Origin: Veleropilina oligotropha
Taxonomy: Eukaryota
Reading direction: 5' to 3'
NCBI GenBank assembly: GCA_048128005.1
Contig: JBEUKZ010000066.1
Location: forward strand, 62,001-126,000
Length of the DNA: 64,000 nucleotides
Part shown: piece by piece, positions 14,401-26,400 of the stretch
How the letters are laid out: each line of letters begins with the position of its first letter
Position numbering within the stretch: the stretch's first letter is position 1
Program-made: the position numbers and the translations under genes
Notes under the pieces: model-generated
What the model was told of the DNA's origin: nothing
Databases searched by the model: none
The model's input: the letters and a program-made list of their open reading frames with translations, nothing else

Positions 14401-17400
14401 TGCAATTTAAAGGTAATTATACCCTCGTGCTACGAAGTAACTGGGGGTATATTAATATAGCATTCCGTTCGTCCGTCCTTCCGGTCATTTGACTTTGTCA
14501 TTAACAATCATTAACTAGGTTGAGTACTTGTGCCTTTTGCTATTTTCAGGTTTCTGAATGATATATTTTTTAAAAAATTGCTGATGTAAAACTGACATAG
14601 ACTACAATGAATGGAGTGTGTGACGATTTTGTCTGTAGCATATCTCCCAAACCATACTATCCTGTATGGTTTGGGAGATATGCTACAGACAAAATCGTCG
14701 CACACTCCATTCATTGTAGTCTATGTCAGTTTTACATCAGCAATTTTTTTAAAAATATATAATTCAGAAACCTGAAAATAGCAAAAGGCACAAGTACTCA
14801 CGAAACATGGTACACACATTAGTTAGGTTGAGTAGTTGTGCCTTTTAATATTTACAGGTTTCGGAAATTTTTATTCTAAAAAAATGGCGGATATAAGATT
14901 GACATAGACTATAATGGGCGATGCCTTTATCCGTAGCATATCTTCCAAATTGTACAGTCTAGCTTCACTAAACTTGGTATACATGCTAACTAGGTTGAGT
15001 AGTATGTGCCTTTTGCTATTTTCAGGTTTTTTAATTGTTTATTTCTATAAAAGTTGCTGATATAAGATTGACATAGACTACAATGAATGGGTTATATGTC
15101 TGAAGCATATCTCCCAAATTATACATATAGCTTCCCGAAACATGGTACACATATTAATTAGGTTGAGTACTTGTGCCTTTTGCTAATTTCAGGTTTCTGA
15201 AATGTTTATTTAAAAAAATGGCGGATATTAGTTTAACTTGGACTATAATGGACGATGCCTTTGTCCAGAGGATATCTGCCAAACTGTACACGCTAGCATA
15301 TCAAAATGTGGTACAAACATTAACTAAGTTAAGTGGTTGTGCCTTTGCTATCTGAAATTTTAATGTTTACAAAAAATGGCATTATATAAGATTGACATAG
15401 ACTATTAATAATATGCGACACTTCTGACCGGAGCATATCTCCCAAACTGTACCAATTATCCTCACGAAACTTGGTACGCACACTAACTAGGTTCATTAGT
15501 TATGTCTTTTGCTACTTTTACATTTCTGAAATTTATATTTTTAAGAATTGCTGATATAATTAATATTGACCTGGACTACAATGATCAAAAACAACGAACA
15601 GCGAGTGCAAATTTTTTTTAATAATGCTTTAATTTGTAGTATTGAAATTTAATCTTTGAAGTGTAACTTTATTTCTTTTATTTACTTATGTATGTACGAT
15701 GAAAGGGGCATGCTTACCTGTAAGACTTGCTCACCATGATTAGGTACAGTAAGATGTTAAGCTTATTCGTCACTCTGTGGAGCTGAGATTATCAAACAGA
15801 TGAATTGAATGGATATTGAAAACTTACTTCCTCATTGATTTATTCCATGGGTATCTCAAAATGGGATTTTATATTGCCATTACAAGAACAGACTGTATGT
15901 CCAGTGTCTAATATCACTCTCTTCAACTGACCAGGGTTCATATATAATTGAATCCCCAGATTATAGTCGGGGACAGTGACTATGCTTTTGTCATCATTTC
16001 GTCACAGCGTCTGCAGAGATTTCTTATTTTTTAAAGAATAATGGTGGATATAATATTGACTGACTATAATTATTGAAAGCACCGAATGGGGGTATGTAAG
16101 CTGTCGCTCAGTGGGTTGTTCTCTGGACTCTGGTCACAGAGTATCGAGTTCGCCCCAAAGCTCGGCGATTTCACTTGGGCAAGGAAATAAGCATATATTT
16201 GCCTCAGTCCACCCAGCCGATCTAAATGGGTACCTGGTTGGCAGTTATGTAAGTCACGGCGCTACCCGCATGTAAATGACTGTAATGCTCCCAGAGGGAG
16301 TTGAGATGGCATATCGATTGGAACAGGCCCATAACCAGAGGTAATAATGTTCAGCGCATTGCGACACTAGCGTAATAATGCGCTATATAAGACCGGAGTA
16401 TTATTATATTTATGTGCCGTCGTGGCTCAGTGGGTTGTTCACAGGACTCTGGTCACAGAGTCTCGAGTTTGCTCCCAAAGCTCGGCGATTTCACGTGGGC
16501 AAGGAAATAAGCATATATTTATTTGCCTCTGTTCACCCAGCCGATCGGAATGGGTACCTGGTTGGCAGTTATGTAAGTCACGGCGCTACCCGCGTGTAAA
16601 TGACTGTAATGCTCCCAGAGGGAGTTGAGATGGCATATCGAGTGGAACAGGCCCATAACCATGGGTAATAATGTTCAGCGCATTTAGACACTAGCGTAAT
16701 AATGCGCTAGCCTATATAAGACCGGAGTATTATTATTATTATTATTATTATTACTTGTTACAATAGATTTTATACCATTTTTACTGGATATTGTAGTTGG
16801 GACTGGACCGTGTGTTTCACTGGTACAGGGGTCAAGAGATGCCTGCTCAGAGCCCCAAGACACTCGAAGATGCACACGACAGGCTAGAGGAGGGAGAAGA
16901 ACCCACGCCGGAAACAGATCCAGAGGTCGTGAAGCGAGACGCGGTGCTGGTGAGTTAAAGATGTCCTATCCACCAGAGTGGTGTTCTATGATTATCACTA
17001 GTAACTCATAATTTAATTTCAAACGTAGTTGAATTTATCGGACATCAACAATGTCATGTCAGATTGCCCAGGTACAACAACTGATTTGATTCTTTTTGTT
17101 GTCATGTTAATTTAAATGGTTCACGGGTGAGTGATGACATGAATATTCTAGTCTCATATACTGATATACTTCCGCAAGTCAATGTAATGTAATATTAGTA
17201 ATTCAAATAACTAATATCGTCAATATTCTTAAGACATATTTAATAGGATTTAAAATATGTTGAAATCAAAGAATTAAGCAAGTATAATGTAGTGTGCTGG
17301 ATAATGTGTTTTTAGGGTCTGGTCACCAAGATGACCTTCCTTCCTCGTCTTCGCTACATCCTTGAAGTGTGTCGTCCCCAAGCTCCCACAGTTCTCGATG

Positions 17401-20400
17401 TTCTGTCGATAATGACTCGAATCGCCCAACACTCGCAGAACATGGCATATGAGGGAAGTCAAGATATATCTATAGACTTTAATGACACATCATGATATTT
17501 GGTTATAACCTGTATCAGTGAAAAATTTGTGATTTTATTTATCAACATAATTGTTATCATGCGCATGACCTAATCACGCGGACATTCAGAGTGCCGATTT
17601 ATGATATTTGAAGGATTCCTGTTCAAGATTATCACAGTATTGTTTAGTCATCCATATTTTACAATGAACTACTGTAGATTAAAACCTTATTTTTAATTAT
17701 CATCGTAGAGATGGTTTTTATATTAAATACAAATATGCGTTAAATAGACACTTAAATAAATAAAACAAAGTGGTCTCTGTCTGTTTCTTAGGTTTTGCAT
17801 TGTCCGAGACTGATGGAAACCATATTTCAAGAGTTTCTACCTACAGCTTGGGAGCCGCAAGGTAATAAGTTGTTGATGGATTTGTAAAAGTAAAAATGTT
17901 GGTTTATGCAAGTGCCGAGAACATACTCCCATGTCTTCATAATCAATTCCCTACTATTTTAACCACGATTCCATCTCGACTTCATCTCATGATCAGAGAG
18001 CATTACATTAAATTCTTGTGAAAATGGGAGGGGGGAGGAATGATGCTTAATGTCCTGTATATTTACAACATCGAGGTTCAATGCAGGACATGTCCGTGTT
18101 ATCGCGGGTAGGAAACCCCGGTCGCCCGGGTAAACCCGCCCTCTTCGGCCAGTCACGGACAACTGTGATTCATAACTTGAACAAATTTCAATGCCTCAGC
18201 CAGGTATTGAACCCACTACTGTTCGCATTAGCGGAATCAAGCCAGTGAAGTTAGAGTGGACACTCTACCCACTGCGCTGCCGAAGCGGCGTTGTGAAAAG
18301 GACTATGACTAAAACACAGTCAATTTATGTCGTCGAAAACATGATGCACACTTAATATATATTGGTTGGGTGAATTATGGATATTATGTTGTTATTCCTT
18401 GTAAATCACAGTCTCAAAACATGAACTCCCATCATCCAAAATTAAACTTTTTGTCACCTTTATTAAATGGCATATGTAAGTTGAAATATCTTTAGCGGCA
18501 AAATTTTCCTGAATTCAAAGAAAGAAAAGCAAAATTATGTGTGTGAGTGTTAACTTCATTAGACTTATTACATACAGACTGCGTAAAGAAGAATTGCATT
18601 GTTTCCGCAGATCCTGATAAACCGCTATCTTTCATCCATGGTTTTCCGGTTTCCGGCGCAATGAGGCTGATGCGGGTCATTGCTCAAGCAGGAAAAAATA
18701 TGGCGGCTATTTTGGTTAGTGTCATTTAGTCCAGATCACAATGGATTTGTCATTTATAAAGTTATCGTCGTATTTGAATATAATATATGACATTATATTG
18801 TGAAATAGGGCTGTGAGGTGGGGTAGTTGTTGCACTTGTGATGTCAATGCCAAGGACCCGAGTTTGTTCTGTGTGTGTGGCAGGAACTTTTATGCTCGCG
18901 TTGAAGGCACACCGTGTCAATTAAAATCAGAATTTAAACGTGACCGGGTTAAGGTTTTAAAATTGTTAGCGTGGTCGTTAAACATCATTTGATCCTATAA
19001 TGTGCAATAACAATAGTTATGTATGCTTACAATCCGTATTATGTACATAATAAAAATTGCTTTCCATCACTACTGTTATGTTGCGGTTATGTATTATACT
19101 ACAATATCTGGAGCCGTAGATAGATCAGATTTGACAAGTGATGTAACGTAAAGTTGATGTTCCTTTTTCTCTTCAAACAGGAATCAAAGCACAGCATTAC
19201 AAATCGTATACTCAGATACATTGCTGTCAAGCCATGGTAATGATTTTAAAATTATACCATTTATGGTTACATTATATTGTTATAAATATTTGTATTGTCA
19301 AATTATGTATTGTATGTGTTTGGTTAATTAAAATATGATGTCAGTAAATTTGGGGTTAGGCTTTAACAAAGTGTGTGGCATAATGCTAGCAGTTTGTTTA
19401 TCCATGCAAACATTTTTAGTATTATCATGCTCTTGTCCTCTTAGAAATGAACCGTCGTCGTTAGCTCAATTGGTTAGAGCATCGGAAAAACGTTATGTGT
19501 GACGGTAGGATGTGGGTTAAAGCCCGCTCCGGCCTGGCTTATTCTAAGGCTTGAAACTAATAGATGGCATATCCCTATTGTATGTCGGTCAGATTGGAGT
19601 GACACCGGGTGACCCGACCACGTTAACCCTTTAGCATTTACATTACCAATGGGCTTATATCATTATGTCTTATTATACCCTCGTGCTACGAAGTAGCTGG
19701 GGGTATATAGCATTCCGTTCGTCCGTCCGTCTGTCTGTCCGTCCTTCCGGTCATTCGACTTTGTCCGGAGCATATCTTCAAAACCGTACATGCTAGCTTC
19801 ACGAAACTTCATACACTCATTAACTAGGTTGAGTACTTGTGCCTTTTGCTATTTTCAGGTTTCTGAAATATTTATTTGTACAAAAAATTCCAGATATAAG
19901 ATTGACATAGACTATAATGGAGGACGCTTTTGTCCGGAGCATATCTCCAAAACCGTACAGTCTAACTTCACTAAACTTGGTATACACACTAACTAGGTTG
20001 AGTAGTTGTGCCTTTTGCTATTTTCAGGTTTTTGAAATTTTCGTTTAAAAAAAAATTGCTGTTGTAAGACATAGACTGCAATGAATGGAGTGTGCAACAA
20101 TTTTGTCTGGAGCATATCTTCCAAACCATACAGGATAGCTTCATGAAACATGGTACACACATTAGCTAGGTTGAGTACTTGTGCATTTTGCTATTTTCAG
20201 GTTTTTAATTTTTTATTTGTAAAAAAGTTGCTGATATGAGATTGACATAGACTACAATGAACGAAGGCAACGAATGGGTTATATGTTTGGAGCATATCTC
20301 ACAAATTATAATGGATAGCTTCACAAAACATGGTACACACATTAACTAGGTTGAGTACTTGTGCCTTTTGCTAATATCAGGTTTCTGAAATTTTTATTCA

Positions 20401-23400
20401 CAAAAATGGCAGATATTAGTTTGACTTGGACTATAATGGACGATGCCCTTTGTCCAGAGCATATCTGCCAAACCGTACACGCTAGCATATCAAAACGTGG
20501 TACAAACATTAACTAAGTTAAGTGGCTGTGCCCTTTGCTATTTTCAGGTTTATGAAATTTTAATTTTACAAAAAATGGCATATATATAAGATTGACATAG
20601 ACTAGAATGTGCGACACTTCTGACCGGAGCATATCTCCCAAACCATACCAATTATCTTCACAAAACTTGGTACACGCACTAACTAGGTTAAGTAGTTGTC
20701 TTTTGCTACTTTTACATATCTGAAATATATATTTTTAAAAAATTGCTGATATAATTAATATTGACCTGCACTACAATGATCAAAAACACCCAACAGCATG
20801 TGCAATTTTTTTTTTAATAATGCTTTGGAGTATTGAAATTTAATTTTTGAAGTGGAACTTTATTTCTTTTGTTTACTTATGTAAATATTATGTAATACTA
20901 TGTACGATGAAAGTGACGTGCTTTTCTGTAAGACTAATGCTCACCATGATTAGGTACAGTAAGCTGTTAAGCTTATTTGTCACTCTGTGGAGCTGGGATT
21001 ATCAAAACAGATGAATTAAATGGATATTGAAAACTGACCTCCTCATTGATTTATTCCATGGGTATCTTAAAATGGGATTGTATATTGCCAGTACAATAAC
21101 AGACTGTATGTCCAGTGTCTAATATCACTCTCCTCAACTGACCAGGGTTCATATATAATTGAATCCCCAGACTATAGTCGAGGACACTTTGGTTTATTCA
21201 GCATTTGCAGAGATTACTTATTTTTTAAAGAATAATGGCAGATATAACATGGACAGAGACTATAAATATTGAAAGCACCGAACGGGGGTATGTAAGCTGT
21301 GCTTACTTCTTTCTTGTGTATCTATGTATTAATGGCAACAGATTGGTTCGGTACAAACTATCGCAATTAACTTGATATTACAGCTGTATGTATAATGATA
21401 GTAGCATCGGAAATGTTGGCCGGATGCTAACAGTTTGAAGAGTTACTGAGAGCCTCTGTTTTTTGCAGCCTGTTTAGGCCGGATTAAAGGGCTAAAGCTG
21501 AAAAATTGCCAAAGGGGTCGTAAAACAAAACTTGTCAATCAATAATACTATACAATTATAATATTGTAATCTGGCATCGGGTCCAGTGCCAACAGGACTG
21601 CTGCTGCTCTGTTTCTCTACATAACTAAGGGATATTCCAGTAAAATATCTCACCCACCCCCTGACTCTAGGTATATATCACTTCTATGCATATGGGTGGT
21701 CACAAAATATAGCAAATAATTCTACTATTTATCACTATTTAAATAAATAACTTCTATTTGTGGTACCCTTTTGAAAAATATGGAGTCAGGGGGTGGGGTA
21801 GTTATTTTACTGGAATAACCCTAAGAGCACTCAACTTCAATAATGATTTTCATTACAGACAACCATTTTTTTTATAGCTGACAGCATTATCGTTAGAACA
21901 GCAAGATATATCCATGTCACAACAAATTACTGTGTGTATTCCATTTTTTCAGTGACCTTCAGCTTCCTACTGCCGAGACGTATCAGCTACAGGTGGAGAG
22001 CTGCCGAGCCTGGCGAGTCCTCATTCAGTACGGGGTCGGAGTGGAGCACTATCTGTGAGCCGCTGTTTCTATTTAATTTAATAACTTATCAGATTTAATT
22101 ATGTACTTGTTAAACTGACCAATTTAGTTAATTTGTATTTTTTATTTAAACGGTATGTTTTAGATGACATTATTTTGTATAAAAGGATATAATGTATGAT
22201 CTTTATGCTACTCACTAAAAGTAAATATGTTCTAAGTAGCATCCTTCTATAACATGTAATGTTTTCATGCAGAAATGTACTATAATGTTAATAGAAAGTC
22301 TTTGAAAATATTGCAAGAGCAGTATCATGTTATGGTCATCAAATTATTCATCAAAAAGGTGTGAACATTATATATATATTACATATGACTTACGATGGTA
22401 CCCTTGCCAAATATCTCTATTTGCGCTAATACGGAAACGATAGAAAATGAGTAATTTTATGCATTTTCAGTAAGATTTCAATCCCTCCAACCGACCTCCA
22501 CTCCGTAAATAGCCCCCTCTATGATCCCCACCACTTCGGTAAACTCCGTGACCGCTCGGCACCTTCCGGAAAGGGCGGGGCCAAAAGCGCGGGAAACTGA
22601 GGAAGAATCACTCAAAAAATTTCCGCTAAAGAACAAACAGTGTTTTTTCGGTTTAGCTAAAGAAAATTTGTTTTTTTTTGCTGTCTAAGTAGCCAGATTT
22701 GAATTATTAGCTTATAATTGGATGGAATTACAAGCTGAACATAATAATAACGCAAAATAAGGAAGTTAATTTGCGTATTTGTGTTGGATTACCCTCTTTG
22801 GATCTTGGAATAGCGTTTATAACGCAAGAAGATTTTGTGTGTGTGATCGGGTTGTGTGGGTGACCGGAGCAGCTACAGTCATCACAACCAGCAAGAAGCA
22901 GACGTTCGGAACAGCCTAAAGCCCGACAAAGCCTGCTGAGAGGGAGTAACGCGATAAGTGTTTAACACCCTTTCTACATTGCATACTCTGTATTATCTGA
23001 AGTTGTATTTATAGAAAATTATAAATTTACATCGTTTCATTGATAATACTCCTCAGTAATCATATCCTGCATTAGACTGTATTCGAATTTGTGATTACTG
23101 ACTAGCAGATTTTGTCAATTCAACCGTGAGTTTTTTCGATCTATCTGCTAATACTGGACAGTGGCTTTCTAACATAGTTTTTGAATACCCACCTTTCAGT
23201 GTCTTAAGGTTTAGTTCCTACAGAAAAGCCGGTACCCGATTTGCTTGTATCTGTATCGGCCCCTGCTGAGCTTACCTATCTCAACTGTGGTTTAGCGGAG
23301 TTTTTAAAATAAATCCTCTCCGTCTATTTTCGTGTCGTTACTTCCTACCTTTCCTCCCCTACCTACCCGCGTAAACAGCATGGTACGTTGTAGTTCCGCT

Positions 23401-26400
23401 CGTTGTAAACGTAGGTTAGTCGAGGACGATAACCACGATGCTTGCATCGTTCATAGGGGCTGTAATTCTGCTTTCCCTTGCAGTACCTGCCAAGAGTGGA
23501 CCCCCGCAGAATGGCTGAAGTTTGGTCCTCCCAAGCAGTCTCCACCGGTCACCAAGGGACCCGGTGCTGTGGGAACCAAAGCCTCCCGGAGCAAGAAAAG
23601 GACCTCGACCGCTACCACGACTTCCTCCGTTCAGGGTGAGCCGGAATTGTGTACAGTGACCACCGCCTGTACGGTACCAATTCCCGCCCCTGTGATTCAG
23701 GTATGCACCTCCTCGATCGGTATGGGGCTCACGAGTGCCGCCACGTGTACGCTGCCGGCCACGCAGATCCACCGTACTGTGCACTCGTCGAGCCAGGGCA
23801 GGAACGGCCATCCTTTTCTCTCGGCCTCGAGAGAATCCGGCCCGACTAGTCCTTCGGTGACAGGGTACGGGAGCTTGCTCTCCGTACCCGATCCCGTAAA
23901 AGTCGGACGTGACTCGGTCGATCCTTCGGGAGAGACCTCGAGACCACCGATGAAACCTGACTCATTTCCGTCGATCCCGCTTGGTTACACCATAGCTGGC
24001 GATCCGGATGCTCAGAATGAGTTCAGAGGGCCTCTTCCCATATGGCCACAGGCCAACTTGGGGAATGAGGACGCGTCAGCTGTCTCGGAGAAGGGCCCCG
24101 GCATACTAGCCGTCCCATCTCCCGAGTGGGTGCAGGACGACTCGCTGTGGTCTTTGGCGAGTCGTTCATCTGGTACCATGTCCATGCCTACGGCACAGTA
24201 CATGGGAATCCAGCACCCGGCGGGGGTCGAGCCTTGGTCTCGTCTTCTCCCCGCCAATACAGCTAGACGCCCCAGTGCCACGGTGACGTCGCAGGGTCCA
24301 CAGGCTGTTGGACCCACCCCATCCTTGCCGCCGGGATTCACCCTAGAATCCATCCGGGCAATGGTGATGGAGGCATGCGACTCCCGTTACAGGAACTGGA
24401 ACGTCTCCGGACAGTCCAGAATCCCTGACACTCTGCCCGTGGCACAGAGCAGGACTCCCACAGCGATGGAGGTCGACTCTCACACCCGTGATGAGAACGC
24501 CTCCACAGATCGCTCCGACGAACCTGAATCCGTCGGCTCGGATGATGACCCTCTTGAGAGTCTTTCCGAAATTAGGGAGTCCCCCTCCGCCGCCCGCCGC
24601 AACTTCGAGGTCCTCTCGAACCTGCGCGGGGTGCTCGACCTGCCGATCCCAGATACTCTGGGCAACTCCAGGTCCGGACACGGGCGCGCGATGAGTAGGT
24701 TGCCCGGAGTGGACACCGTCCCGGTGTGTTCGCTCCCCCAGAGTGAGCTCATCAACTACGCTTTGGATGTAGTTGATAGAGACATTCAGGGAAAACCTAC
24801 CGAGTCGTCTTCTCTTACCCGCCATCCTGGCGGTTTAAAGAGAGGAAAATACCTCCGGCCAGGCAAGAAAACGTCCCCGTTCACTCTTGCCGAACCGTGT
24901 TTAGGTGCCGCGCCGTCGAGCTTAAACGAGGACTTCTCGTTGCTCCGACGCGGTTCGACTCCCTCGGCAGTCAACGCATCATGGGCCGCCTTAGATGCGA
25001 TTGAGAGCTCAGCCCGAAGAGCTCTGCAGTATGCCTCCGTGCAGGACTCGTTCCTGGAGGGGGCTATCGCTGCACTGCAGGCAGGAGAGAGGTATAGTCG
25101 TGAGACTGTCATCTCTTTCCTGCGCGAGGTCGCACGCGCTATGGAGGTGAGCACGCTGGAGACAGCGCGAATTATGGGCAACACGACTCTGCTCCGCAGA
25201 GACGCTTGCCTGGAAGGGATTGCTTTAGAGGACGTCTCCCGACGCACCCTCCGAAATGTCCCTATCCAAGAACGAACCCTCTTTGGTGATAAATTCGGTG
25301 AATTTATTAAGAAGAGAGCTACCGATCTCCAATTCCGCGCTATAGAGAAGGCAGCCACCAACCCTGTTCCTAGGGTTAGGACTGCCGACTCTAAGAAGAG
25401 AGCCGCCTCCGCTGGTACCAGCAGGCAGGGCCCTTCTAAGAGAGCGAGGAGGCAGCACAAGAGCAGGGCTCCGGCCGGCCAATCTAAGCCTCCCGCTCCT
25501 CCAGCCAGATCCCGTCAGAGCGGGAGAGGGAAGAAGCCTCGGCCCTAGGGGTGCCGGCGCTCGCGACGGACCCGACTGCCTGCCCACACCGGTGGGAGCA
25601 TGCCTTGCACTGTCAAGCCAGACGTGGCCGACAGTGACAGACAGCAGTTGGGTCCTCTCAGTCGTGAGTGCCGGATACAAACTAGCATTCGACCGGCAAC
25701 CGCCCCTAGCCGAGGCACCACCTTTTCCGCGTTCACGCCACCTCTCAAGAGACCGGCAACGCGTGATAGACGAGGAGGTAAGGGACTTGCTTCGCAAAGA
25801 AGCCATATATCCCTGCCCCCCCAATACACCAGGGTTTTACAGCCACATATTCCTGGTACCCAAGTCCGATGGCCGGTGGCGACCGATCCTGGATCTGTCA
25901 CATCTCAACCGGTATATACGTATCGAGAAATTCCAGCAGGAGACTGTCTCCAAGATACGTACGGCCATCAGACGGGGAGATTGGGCAACGTCTATCGATC
26001 TGTCCGACGCATACCTACATGTGCCGATGCACGGCTCAGCACACAGGTATCTTCGGTTTATCCACGGGGCGAGGACCTATCAGTTTCGGTGTCTACCGTT
26101 CGGTCTTTCATCCGCCCCGTACGTCTTCACGAGAGTGGTACAGGCCCTCGGAGCCTTCCTACACTCCCACGGGCACAGGGTCCACATGTATCTAGACGAC
26201 TGGCTGATTCTCGGGGACTCCCGATCGAACTGCCAACAGTCACTAGATTTCACCCTGTCCATCACGGAGCGCCTAGGTTTTCAGGTCAACAACCAGAAAT
26301 CCTGCTTCGAGCCCTCGACGACGTTCACGTTCCTCGGAGTAGACTTCGACACGGTAGCATATACCGCGAAGGCCACCGACAAACGTATAAGGAACCTGCA

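Noticed and set aside
19451..19535. tRNA gene
   Set aside because: The A-box-like head runs into a SINE body repeated elsewhere; no clean cloverleaf
22620..23330. Hammerhead or group I ribozyme in the DIRS leader
   Set aside because: No complete catalytic core motifs identified by eye; a covariance-model search is needed
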